DNA of 64,000 nucleotides from NCBI GenBank assembly GCA_005882275.1, contig VBAK01000108.1, positions 3,317 through 67,316 on the forward strand. The letters run 5' to 3'. The notes under the pieces are model-generated. The model made no database searches and had not been told where the DNA came from. It saw only the letters and a program-made list of their open reading frames with translations. Position 1 is the stretch's first letter, and each line of letters begins with the position of its first letter. Below, piece by piece: positions 50,478-58,987 of this stretch. This DNA is from Candidatus Segetimicrobium genomatis. GTDB taxonomy: Bacteria > Sysuimicrobiota > Sysuimicrobiia > Sysuimicrobiales > Segetimicrobiaceae. The position numbers were made by a program, and so were the translations under genes.

Positions 50478-52258
50478 CCCTGGGCGCGCCGGCCGCGCTG
50501 TGGGGCCTGCTGGCCGTCCCGTTTCTCATCCTCCTCTACCTGCTGCGCGTCCGGCGCAGGGACCATCCCGTCAGCAGCGTGCTCCTGTGGCAGCGATCCG
50601 CGGCGACCCTGGCCGCCTACCGCCCGTCGCGGCGAATCGAACGCAGCCTGCTGCTCCTGCTCCAGATCCTCGCGACGGCGGCCCTGGTGACCGGCCTTGC
50701 CCGGCCCGCGGTGATCTCCCCGTACGCGCCCGGCGATCTCCTCCTGGTGCTCGACCTCTCCCTGTCCATGCGGGCGCGCGATGTCTCGCCGACCCGCTTC
50801 GATCGCGCCCGCAGAGAGGCGCTCGAGGCCGCCTCGCGCCTGCGGGCGGGCCAGCGCGCGGGCGTGGTGATCGCCGGCGCCCGCCCCGAACTGCTCGTCC
50901 CGCTGACCTTCGATCGCGCCAGGATCGCGGCCGCGCTGCGGGGGCTCGAGCCCCAGGACGCGTCGGGCGACGTCTCAGGCGCGGTGGCGCTGGCCGCCGA
51001 ACACCCCCTCGGGCCTGGGGGACGGATCCTGGTCTGGACCGACGCCGCGCGCGGCCCGCTCCCCGCGCTGCCGCAGGAGGTCTACCGGATCCTTGGCACC
51101 TCCGACGACAACGCGGGGATCACGATGTTCCGCGCCGCGCACGGTCCGGACGGCGCCGAGGCGCTGCTCCGCGTCGACAACTTCAGCGGGCGCCCCCGGC
51201 GGATCCCGGTCGACGTCACCCACGAACGGACCGAGGTGTACCGCGGCACGCTGGACCTGCCGGGCGGCGGCTCCCGGACTGTCGTCTTCCCGGTCCCCGC
51301 CTCCGGCGTGTTTCAGGCCCGGCTCGTCGCGCACGACCTGCTGCCGGACGACGATGTCGCCTCGGCGGTGCTCGACCCTGCGCCGCTGCCCGCGGTGCTC
51401 CTGGTGAGCCAGGGGAATCCCTACCTCGAACGGCTCCTCCAGGTCCTCCCCGTCGCCCGCGCCGTCGAGACGCGCACCGCGGATCCACGGACCTGGGGCG
51501 CCTTCGGAGTCGTGATCCTGGATCGCACGGATCCGGGACCCGTTCCGCCCGGCGACTACCTCATGATCGACGCCGTCGCCCCCAACATCCCGGCGGCCGC
51601 GGCGGGCGAGGTCGGCGGTCCCCGCTTCGCGACGTGGGACCGGACCGATCCCATCTTGCACTACGTCGACCTGAGCGGCGTGCGGGTTGCGCGCGCGCTC
51701 GCGCTCGCCCCGCAGGGCGGCCGCGTGCTGGCCGGTGGGGACGTCCCCCTCCTGTGGGCGTACGAAGGCGGGGGGATCCGCGCGCTCGTGCTCGGGTTTG
51801 CGCTTCAGGATTCCGATCTTCCACAGCGCGTGGCCTTTCCGATTCTCATGGCCAACAGCCTGGCCTGGCTCGGCGGAGGGGGGCTGGAAGTCCGGGCGGG
51901 AGAGGCCCTCCAGGTTCCCGCCGGCGGCGCCGCCGCGGCAGACCTCATCCATCCCGACGGGCGCCGCCAGGTCGTGCGGGCGGCAGAGGGGATGTTGCTC
52001 CTCCCACCGTTGACCCGCGCCGGCGTCTACCGCCTGCGGGGGCCGGGGGGGGACCGCGAGATCACCGTGCTCAGCGCCGACCGGCGCGCCGGACTCATCC
52101 GGCCCGGGACGGCCCCGGCCACGGCCCGCCCCGCCGGGCCGGGCGGGGGACTGCTCTCGAGTCAGGTGCCCCTGTGGCCCTGGTTCCTCCTGGGCGCCGT
52201 GGGCGTCGCCGTGGGGGAGTGGGTCCTCGCCACCCGGCGCCCGGGAGGCGAAGCATGA
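50474..52258 (+). CDS. BatA-like protein: N-terminal double-TM domain plus vWA domain
   Basis: GTGA overlap with the DUF58 stop. PAALWGLLAVPFLILLYLLR (Bat N-terminal type), MIDAS LVLDLSLSM, C-terminal TM. Confidence 0.8.
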   Translation: MTLGAPAALWGLLAVPFLILLYLLRVRRRDHPVSSVLLWQRSAATLAAYRPSRRIERSLLLLLQILATAALVTGLARPAVISPYAPGDLLLVLDLSLSMRARDVSPTRFDRARREALEAASRLRAGQRAGVVIAGARPELLVPLTFDRARIAAALRGLEPQDASGDVSGAVALAAEHPLGPGGRILVWTDAARGPLPALPQEVYRILGTSDDNAGITMFRAAHGPDGAEALLRVDNFSGRPRRIPVDVTHERTEVYRGTLDLPGGGSRTVVFPVPASGVFQARLVAHDLLPDDDVASAVLDPAPLPAVLLVSQGNPYLERLLQVLPVARAVETRTADPRTWGAFGVVILDRTDPGPVPPGDYLMIDAVAPNIPAAAAGEVGGPRFATWDRTDPILHYVDLSGVRVARALALAPQGGRVLAGGDVPLLWAYEGGGIRALVLGFALQDSDLPQRVAFPILMANSLAWLGGGGLEVRAGEALQVPAGGAAAADLIHPDGRRQVVRAAEGMLLLPPLTRAGVYRLRGPGGDREITVLSADRRAGLIRPGTAPATARPAGPGGGLLSSQVPLWPWFLLGAVGVAVGEWVLATRRPGGEA

Positions 52259-55005
52259 CCGCCCCGGTCGCGTTCACGCACCCGGCGGCCCTCCTGCTGC
52301 TCCCTCTGGTGCTGCTGGCGGTGCGGCTGGGCCGGCGCCGTTCCGGATGGCGCTGGCGTGCGGCGACCGCCCTGCGCGCCGCGACCCTGGGGCTGCTCAT
52401 CGTCGCGCTCGGCGGTCCGCTGCTGCGCGCTCCGCTGGCCGGGGTCGCCGTGGTCTTCGCCGTAGACCGCTCGCTCAGCATCACCCCCGAGGGGCAGCGC
52501 GCCGAGGCCGCCTTCGTCCGCGAGGCGCTCTCGCGGATGCGGCGCGACGACCGGGCGGGGGTGATCGCGTTCGCCGGGAGTCCGCTGCTGCAGGTACCGG
52601 TGGAGGCGCACCCGGCGGTCGAGGACCTGGGCCGTCCGATCGATCCGGACGCGACCGACATCGGCGCGGCGCTCGGCCTTGGGCAGCGGATGCTGGGCGA
52701 GGCCGGCGCGCGGCGCATCGTCCTCCTCAGCGACGGCGCCGAAAACCGCGGGGATGCCGCCGCGGCCGCGCGCGTGGCCCGCGCCGCCGGGGTGGCCGTG
52801 GACGTGGTGCCGATTGCCGCCGGCCGGCCCGACGAGGTGCTGGTTGAGGCGTTGACGGCGCCGCAGGACGTCCGCGCGGGGGAAGCCTACGAGATCCGGG
52901 CCGTGGTCCGCTCCACGGTCCCTGGGGAGGCCGCCGTGACGCTCTCGCGCAACGGCGACCCCGTAGAGGTGCGGCGCGTTCGGCTCGCGCCCGGGCAGAC
53001 GGCGGTCCCGTTTTCCGACATCGCCCGGCGGGAGGGAGCGGTCCGGTATCGTGTCGACGTCGCCGCGTCCCCCGACACGATTTCGGAAAACAATCACGGA
53101 GACGCCATCGTGGTGGTGCGGGGCCGGCCCCGCGTGCTCTTCGTCACGGCGAGCCCCACGCGCCTGCCCGCGTGGCTCAGCGGCCAGGGACTGCGCGTCG
53201 ACGTGCGGCTTCCCGAGGAGGTGCCGGCGCAGGCGACCGGCTTCGTCCCCTATGGAAGCCTTGTGCTGAACGATGTGCCGGCGCTCGACCTCACCCAGGC
53301 GCAGCAGGAGGCCATCCGCGCGTTCGTCGGCACGGCCGGCGGCGGCCTCGTCGCCATCGGCGGGGGCCACAGCTACGGCGTCGGGGGGTACGCCGGCACC
53401 CCGCTCGAGGAGATCCTTCCCGTCACGATGGACGTCCGGCAGACGGTGGCGGTGCCCACCGTGGCCATCGTCCTGATGATCGATACGTCGGGGAGCATGG
53501 ACGCCTTCGGCACCGAGGTCGCCAAAGAGGAGCTGGCGAAAGAGATCGCGTCTTCGGTGATCGACCTGCTGGGAGCGCACGACCTGATCGGGGTCATCAC
53601 CTTCGACCAGGAGTACCGCTGGCTTGTGCCGCCGACCGAGGCCCGGAACCGGTCGCGGGTGTTGGAGCAGATCGCCCGGCTCAAGGCGGGCGGCGGCACG
53701 GTGATGGCCCCGCCTCTGCGGGCCGCCCGGGAGTACCTTCGCGCCACCCCCGCCAGGATCCGGCACGTCATCGTGTTGAGCGACGGCCTCACCGACCCCG
53801 GGGACTTTCCCGGGATCGTCGCCGCGATGACCCGCGACAAGATCACGCTGAGCTCGGTCGCGATCGGCCGGGATGCCGACACCGAGTTCATGCGCAACCT
53901 CGCCCGGTGGGGCGGGGGACGCGCCTACGTCGCCAAGGATCTGTACAGCGTGCCCAAGATCTTTACCGCCGAGGCGTTGATGGCGGTGCGGGCGTTCATC
54001 GTCGAGGAGCCGGTCGTGCCCGCGCCGGTCGGCGCGGGACCGACCCTGGCGGGGCTCACCCCCCCGCCGGCGCTCCGCGGATATGTGGCCACGGTCGCGA
54101 AGCCCCTGGCGGATGTCGCCCTCGTGACCCCTCGGCGAGATCCTCTCCTTGCCACCTGGCGATACGGGCTGGGGCGCACCGTGGCGTTCACCTCAGACGA
54201 CGGGCTGCGGTGGACCGCCCCCTGGGGGTCCTGGCCCGACGTCGCGCGGTTCTGGTCGCAGGCGATCCGCTGGACCCTGCCGGTTGATGCGGCGGGCCTG
54301 CACCTCGCGGCGGCGGTCGGCGCGGGCGGGAGCGAAGCGCGCGCCGTCCTCGATGCCCGCCGGCCCGGCGGCGCGCCCTGGGATGGGCTCGATGTCAACG
54401 GGGACGTCACGGGCCCGGGCGGCGAGCGCCGATCGATCGTCCTGGAGCAGACCGGCCCCGGCCGCTATGAGAGCACGTGGCCGGCGCCCCGGCCCGGCAC
54501 GTACACCCTCACGCTGGCCGCCCACGACGCCCGGCGCCTCGCGGCCACCCGCACCGTCGGGCTCGTCGTGCCCTATTCCGCCGAGTACCGCCTCCCGGAC
54601 GGGAACCCGGCGCTGCTCTCCCGGTTGGTCGAGACGACCGGGGGCGCGTTCCTCGCCCGGCCGGAGGACGCCTTCCGGCCTGGGCGGGGAACCGGCGAGC
54701 GCGAGGCGTGGCCCGCGCTCACCGGCGCGGCGCTGGGGTTGTGGCTCGCGGAAATCACCCTCCGGCGCCTGCCGGCGCTGGGCCAGCGCCTGGTCGCCTT
54801 CGCCGGCGCCGCCGCGCACTGGGCCGGCCGGAGGGAGGCGGCGTCGCGTACGGCCCGGGCCGAGGCGGATGCGTCCTACGATACCGCGGATCGCTGGGCG
54901 GTCGAGGAGGCGCGGTTTGCGGAGGAAGAAACGCTGCGCGCCGCGTCGATGGAGCAGGCGGCCCGCCTCTTCATCGCGCGCCTGCGGGGAACAAAGCGGC
55001 GCTAG
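52255..55005 (+). CDS. Large vWA-domain membrane protein (916 aa; two vWA/MIDAS modules plus GATase1-like middle region)
   Basis: ATGA overlap with the upstream stop. Same N-terminal double-TM pattern (FTHPAALLLLPLVLL). MIDAS FAVDRSLS and MIDTSGSM. LVLNDVPALDLT...FVGTAGGGLVAIGG. C-terminal TM. The six-frame ORF from 50314 is an out-of-frame upstream extension. Confidence 0.8.
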   Translation: MTAPVAFTHPAALLLLPLVLLAVRLGRRRSGWRWRAATALRAATLGLLIVALGGPLLRAPLAGVAVVFAVDRSLSITPEGQRAEAAFVREALSRMRRDDRAGVIAFAGSPLLQVPVEAHPAVEDLGRPIDPDATDIGAALGLGQRMLGEAGARRIVLLSDGAENRGDAAAAARVARAAGVAVDVVPIAAGRPDEVLVEALTAPQDVRAGEAYEIRAVVRSTVPGEAAVTLSRNGDPVEVRRVRLAPGQTAVPFSDIARREGAVRYRVDVAASPDTISENNHGDAIVVVRGRPRVLFVTASPTRLPAWLSGQGLRVDVRLPEEVPAQATGFVPYGSLVLNDVPALDLTQAQQEAIRAFVGTAGGGLVAIGGGHSYGVGGYAGTPLEEILPVTMDVRQTVAVPTVAIVLMIDTSGSMDAFGTEVAKEELAKEIASSVIDLLGAHDLIGVITFDQEYRWLVPPTEARNRSRVLEQIARLKAGGGTVMAPPLRAAREYLRATPARIRHVIVLSDGLTDPGDFPGIVAAMTRDKITLSSVAIGRDADTEFMRNLARWGGGRAYVAKDLYSVPKIFTAEALMAVRAFIVEEPVVPAPVGAGPTLAGLTPPPALRGYVATVAKPLADVALVTPRRDPLLATWRYGLGRTVAFTSDDGLRWTAPWGSWPDVARFWSQAIRWTLPVDAAGLHLAAAVGAGGSEARAVLDARRPGGAPWDGLDVNGDVTGPGGERRSIVLEQTGPGRYESTWPAPRPGTYTLTLAAHDARRLAATRTVGLVVPYSAEYRLPDGNPALLSRLVETTGGAFLARPEDAFRPGRGTGEREAWPALTGAALGLWLAEITLRRLPALGQRLVAFAGAAAHWAGRREAASRTARAEADASYDTADRWAVEEARFAEEETLRAASMEQAARLFIARLRGTKRR

Positions 55006-55083
55006 TCGCCAGGAACGCGGCGGTGGGGCGCACGCCGCCCCGCCCTCACGCCGCTCCAGCCGCGCAGCTGCTCGGCCGGCGGG

Positions 55084-55113
55084 TTGACCCGTTGTTCACC
55101 CAGATGATACCAT
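55084..55113 (+). promoter_or_regulatory. Candidate promoter for the LarA-like/Sir2 pair (TTGACC-18-TGaTACCAT)
   Basis: Lies in the spacer after the vWA operon. Extended -10 at 55105-55113. Confidence 0.45.
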
Positions 55114-55161
55114 CGGGGCTGTTCGACGCGGAATCTTGTTCGTGCCCTCTGGAGCACCGCA

Positions 55162-56451
55162 TTGGCGATCGGTGTCGAGCGCGTTCCCGTCGGGATTCGC
55201 CTGCCCTCCGCCATGCCCCGCATGGTCCGGGTGCACCAGCGATTCCCCCGGCCCCGCCTCGACGACATCCCGGCCGCCGTCCGGACCGAATTGCGCCGGC
55301 TCGATCTCCGAACGCGGCTTCGCCCGCGGGCGCGTATCGCGGTAACCGCGGGGAGCCGGGGGATCCGCGACATCGTGCCGATCTTGCGCACCGTGGTGGA
55401 CGAGCTGCGGACCGCGGGGGCCGACCCCCTGCTCATCGCCGCGATGGGCAGCCACGGCGGCGGCACCGACGAGGGGCAGCGGCGTCTCCTCGAGCACCTG
55501 GGGATCACGCCGGCGGCCGTGGGGGCGCCCCTCAGCACGTCCATGGACACGGTCGAATTGGGGAGGACACCGAGCGGATTCGTGGCCTACTGCGACCGGG
55601 TGGCGGCGGGCTGCGACGGGATCCTGGCCGTGAACCGGATCAAACCCCATACCGGGTTCAGCCATCCGTTCGGCAGCGGGGTGATGAAGATGCTCGGCGT
55701 CGGGTTGGGCAAGGCCCCGGGCGCCGCGCAGATTCATCAGCAGGGCCCGGGGCAGATGGCGGGCGCGATCCGGGAGATCGCCGAGTGCGTGATCGGGAGC
55801 GGCCGCGTCCTGGGCGGCCTCGCCATCCTCGAGAACGCGTACGATGAGACCGCCCGGGTGGTGGGGATCGCCCCCGATCGCATCCCGGCCGAGGAGGTGG
55901 CGTTGTTCCCTGAGGCGCGCGCGGCGATGCCCCGACTGCCGGTGGATCGCATGGACCTCCTGATTGTCGACGAAGTCGGCAAGAACTTCAGCGGCACCGG
56001 CATGGACGTCAACGTCATCGGGCGCTGGCGAATCGCCGGGCTCGCGGAGCCGGAGACGCCCCACGCGGAGCGGATCGTGGCGCTGCGGCTGTCCGACGCC
56101 TCCGAGGGCAACGCTCAGGGGATCGGCCTGGCCGACTTCACCACCCGGGCGGTGGTCGACCGCATCGACTTTACCGCGACCTACCTGAACTGTATCGTCA
56201 GCACGTACGTTCAAAGAGCGATGCTCCCGATCGTCATGGCCACCGAGCGGGACACCATCCTGGCCGCGTTTGGGAGCCTCGGGCTGCCCGATCCGCTTCG
56301 GGCGCGGATCGTGCGGGCGCCGAATACGCTCCACCTGGAGGACGTGTGGGTGTCGGAGCCCCTGGTGCGTGAACTGGAGGGACGGCCGCACATCGCTTCG
56401 GTGGAATCGCCCGAGCCGATGCGGTTCGACGACGGCGGGCGCCTGTGCTGA
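55162..56451 (+). CDS. Lactate-racemase-domain (LarA N-terminal/DUF2088-like) protein
   Basis: MVRVHQRF.RPRLDD...IAVTAGSRGI...AAMGSHGGGT.EGQ...NRIKPHT pattern as I remember it for DUF2088/LarA-like proteins. TTG 55162 has GGAG 7 nt upstream; ATG 55213 is the alternative. Confidence 0.65.
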   Translation: MAIGVERVPVGIRLPSAMPRMVRVHQRFPRPRLDDIPAAVRTELRRLDLRTRLRPRARIAVTAGSRGIRDIVPILRTVVDELRTAGADPLLIAAMGSHGGGTDEGQRRLLEHLGITPAAVGAPLSTSMDTVELGRTPSGFVAYCDRVAAGCDGILAVNRIKPHTGFSHPFGSGVMKMLGVGLGKAPGAAQIHQQGPGQMAGAIREIAECVIGSGRVLGGLAILENAYDETARVVGIAPDRIPAEEVALFPEARAAMPRLPVDRMDLLIVDEVGKNFSGTGMDVNVIGRWRIAGLAEPETPHAERIVALRLSDASEGNAQGIGLADFTTRAVVDRIDFTATYLNCIVSTYVQRAMLPIVMATERDTILAAFGSLGLPDPLRARIVRAPNTLHLEDVWVSEPLVRELEGRPHIASVESPEPMRFDDGGRLC

Positions 56452-57254
56452 CCCGGCGCGCGCCGCGGGCGCGCTCCGCTGGGGAGCGGCCGGTCGAATC
56501 GCCCGCCGCGGTCCGGCGCATCGCGGCGCTGCTCCGCCGCGGGACGTTCAACGTCGTGCTGACCGGCGCGGGGGTCAGCACCGAGTCGGGGCTTCCGGAC
56601 TTCCGGTCCAACGCCGGGCTGTGGCGCGGCATCGACCCTGCGCGGGTCGCCTCCCTGAGCGCGTTCCACCGGGACCCGCAGGCGTTCTACGCGTTCTACC
56701 AGACCCGCCTCGCGGCGCTGGCCGGCGCCGCCCCGAACGCCGCGCACCGGGCGATCGCCGGGCTCGAAGCGCTCGGCGCCGTCCACCTCGTGGTGACGCA
56801 AAACGTCGACGGCCTGCATCAGCGGGCCGGATCGCGCGACGTGGTGGAGGTGCACGGCAACCTGCGCGAGGCCCGCTGCGCCGGGTGCGGGTCCCTCCGG
56901 CCGATCGCGGAGATGGCCGGGCCGCTGCGGTCGGGGACGCTTCCTCGATGCGCGGCGTGCGGCGGCCTGCTGCGCCCCAACGTCGTGCTGTTCGAAGAGC
57001 TCCTGCCCGCGGCGGCCTACGACCGGGCGGCCTCGGCGTGTGGAACGTGTCGGGTTCTGCTGGTGGTCGGGTCGTCGCTAGCGGTCTATCCGGTGGCCGG
57101 GCTCCCCGCGCTCGCCGCCCGGCGGGGGGCGAGCCTGGTGATTGTCAACCGTGAGCCCACGCCGCTCGACGGACAGGCCGAGGTCGTGGTGCGGGACGAT
57201 GCCGGAGCGGCGCTGTCTCGGATCGCCGACGAGGTCGCATCCGAACCGAACTAA
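56445..57254 (+). CDS. cobB: NAD-dependent protein deacylase (Sir2/CobB family)
   Basis: GAGVSTESGLPDFRS, TQNVDGLH, catalytic VEVHGNL, zinc CAGCG...CAACGG, VVGSSLAVYP. Overlaps the upstream gene by 7 nt. Confidence 0.9.
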   Translation: MLTRRAPRARSAGERPVESPAAVRRIAALLRRGTFNVVLTGAGVSTESGLPDFRSNAGLWRGIDPARVASLSAFHRDPQAFYAFYQTRLAALAGAAPNAAHRAIAGLEALGAVHLVVTQNVDGLHQRAGSRDVVEVHGNLREARCAGCGSLRPIAEMAGPLRSGTLPRCAACGGLLRPNVVLFEELLPAAAYDRAASACGTCRVLLVVGSSLAVYPVAGLPALAARRGASLVIVNREPTPLDGQAEVVVRDDAGAALSRIADEVASEPN

Positions 57255-57274
57255 CGCAGGAGGGAAGCCCAGCC

Positions 57275-58075
57275 GTGCAACGGGCCGAGGTGGGGGTCTT
57301 TGGGGGGTCGGGATTCTACTCGCTGCTCGAGGGCGCCCGCGAGGTGAAGGTGGATACGCCGTACGGAGAGCCCAGCGATGCCGTGATGCTCGGCGAGATC
57401 GCCGGCCGCAAGGTGGGGTTTCTCCCCCGACACGGCCGGACCCACCGCCTTCCGCCCCACCGGATCAACTACCGGGCCAACGCCTGGGCGCTGCATTCCC
57501 TCGGCGTGGAATGGGTGTTCGGGCCGTGCGCGGCCGGCAGCCTGCAGCCCAACGTCCGCCCGGGCGAGTTTGTGATCTGCGACCAGTTCGTCGACCGGAC
57601 CTGGGGGCGGATGGACACCTTCGCCGACGGGCCGATCGTCACCCATGTCTCGGCCGCCGATCCGTACTGTCCCACGCTGCGGCCGCTGGCCGTGGAGACG
57701 GCCCGCCGTCTCGACATTCCCGTGCACGACCGCGGAACCGTGGTGGTGATCCAGGGCCCCCGGTTCAGCACCCGCGCGGAGAGCCGGTGGTTCCGCGGCC
57801 AGGGCTGGGAAGTCATCAACATGACCAACTACCCCGAATCCATCCTGGCCCGAGAACTGCAGATGTGTTACGTGAACATCTCCCTGATCACCGACTACGA
57901 CGTCGGGGTGGAAGGGGATCCCGGCGTCGAGCCGGTCACCCACACGGCGGTGCTTCGGGTGATGCAGCAGAACAACGAGCGGCTCCGCCGCCTGCTCCTC
58001 GCCATGATCGAGCGGCTGCCACGCAAGCGGGAGTGCTCGTGTGCGACCGCGCTGGCCCACGCTCGCGTGGAGTGA
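57275..58075 (+). CDS. mtnP: S-methyl-5'-thioadenosine phosphorylase
   Basis: VGVFGGSGFY, FLPRHGRTHRLPPHRINYRAN, GPRFSTRAES, INMTNYPE. Confidence 0.92.
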   Translation: MQRAEVGVFGGSGFYSLLEGAREVKVDTPYGEPSDAVMLGEIAGRKVGFLPRHGRTHRLPPHRINYRANAWALHSLGVEWVFGPCAAGSLQPNVRPGEFVICDQFVDRTWGRMDTFADGPIVTHVSAADPYCPTLRPLAVETARRLDIPVHDRGTVVVIQGPRFSTRAESRWFRGQGWEVINMTNYPESILARELQMCYVNISLITDYDVGVEGDPGVEPVTHTAVLRVMQQNNERLRRLLLAMIERLPRKRECSCATALAHARVE

Positions 58076-58105
58076 GCCGGGAAGACGGTCAGGTGGGGGT
58101 GCGCG

Positions 58106-58399
58106 ATGCGGATGGGAACGGACCGGGGAGGGGGCGTGCTCGCGGGAGCCCTGGGGATCGCCGTCTTCCTCATTGGAGCCCTTCTGCTCCTGGCCGTCTT
58201 CTACTTCGCCTACACCGAGTTGATCGCCTCCGGCGCGCTGTCGTCCTCGTCGGGCGCCTCATCGCCGTCGGGCGGCCTGGCGCTGCTGGTGGCGACGAAG
58301 GGGCTGTTCCTGTTCATCATGGGGTTCGCGGCCTCGGCCATCGCGAACAAGGGCATCGGCCTCTACCAGGTGGCGCTGCATGCCGAGCGGGAACCGTGA
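58106..58399 (+). CDS. Hypothetical small membrane protein (97 aa, two TM segments)
   Basis: ORF with two clear hydrophobic spans (GALGIAVFLIGALLLLAVFYFAY; LFLFIMGFAASAIA) separated by a Ser-rich loop. Confidence 0.5.
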   Translation: MRMGTDRGGGVLAGALGIAVFLIGALLLLAVFYFAYTELIASGALSSSSGASSPSGGLALLVATKGLFLFIMGFAASAIANKGIGLYQVALHAEREP

Positions 58400-58427
58400 C
58401 GCGCCGCCGCGTTCCGGGCTGCCTTGG

Positions 58428-58487
58428 CTCCGACTTCTGCTTGCTGTTTGCTCCATTTCGGTTTGGAGTCCCCGCAGGGGGACTTCT
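58428..58487 (-). repeat. Solitary inverted copy of the 51-bp element family (locus R3)
   Basis: The reverse complement reads gagaagtccccctgcggggactccaaaccgaaatggagcaaacagcaagcagaagtc. The 25-nt core tccccctgcggggactccaaacc matches R1 exactly. Confidence 0.85.
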
Positions 58488-58587
58488 CGCATCGATCGGC
58501 GTTCGCGCCGCAGGCAGGGACGCCTTCGAGGCGGAACTATAGACAGGCAGGTGTTCCAGTCCACCCCAATGTGAGGGAAGGTGCGCT

Positions 58588-58950
58588 GTGGAGCTGAAGA
58601 TTGGTGTCCGCAACGTGGGGGAAACGACGATCCTGGATGTCGCCGGAGAACTGGACCTCTATACCGTCCCGCGCCTGGATGAGGGGTTGCGCACGGCCGC
58701 GAGCGCGGCCCGGCCGCTGCTGGTGGTGAACCTGGCCGGCGTCGCCTATATCGACAGCACGGCCCTCAAGATCCTGACCGACCACCAGAAGCGGGTTCGG
58801 GCGCTCCACGGAGAGCTCGCCGTCGTCGCCGGCCAGCCGGCGATCGCCAAGATCTTCAAGATCACCGGGCTCGACAAGGTCATGTACGTCGTCGCCACCG
58901 AGCGCGAGGCCCTCGAGAAAGTCAACGTCGATCGCCCGGCAAAGTCGTGA
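58588..58950 (+). CDS. STAS-domain anti-sigma-factor antagonist (SpoIIAA/RsbV type)
   Basis: ILDVAGELDLYT...L, phosphorylatable-serine context [30 protein letters not shown] before the GTG. Confidence 0.88.
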   Translation: MELKIGVRNVGETTILDVAGELDLYTVPRLDEGLRTAASAARPLLVVNLAGVAYIDSTALKILTDHQKRVRALHGELAVVAGQPAIAKIFKITGLDKVMYVVATEREALEKVNVDRPAKS

Positions 58951-58987
58951 GGCGGACGGCCGTGCGGGCCCGCGCCGCCCGCAGGGG

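Noticed and set aside
50314-55005. A single 1563-aa + strand ORF
   Set aside because: Only the part from ATG 52255 (ATGA overlap with the upstream stop; Bat-type N-terminal TM motif) looks like protein. The upstream 1.9 kb overlaps the DUF58 and BatA-like genes out of frame and translates to R/P/G-rich junk. The same applies to the over-long ORFs 10704-12470 (trmD), 24404-26824 (comM), 30548-31495 (hslV), 37142-39037 (dxr), 41744-43597 (SAM synthetase), 46316-48379 and 47257-49395 (MoxR).
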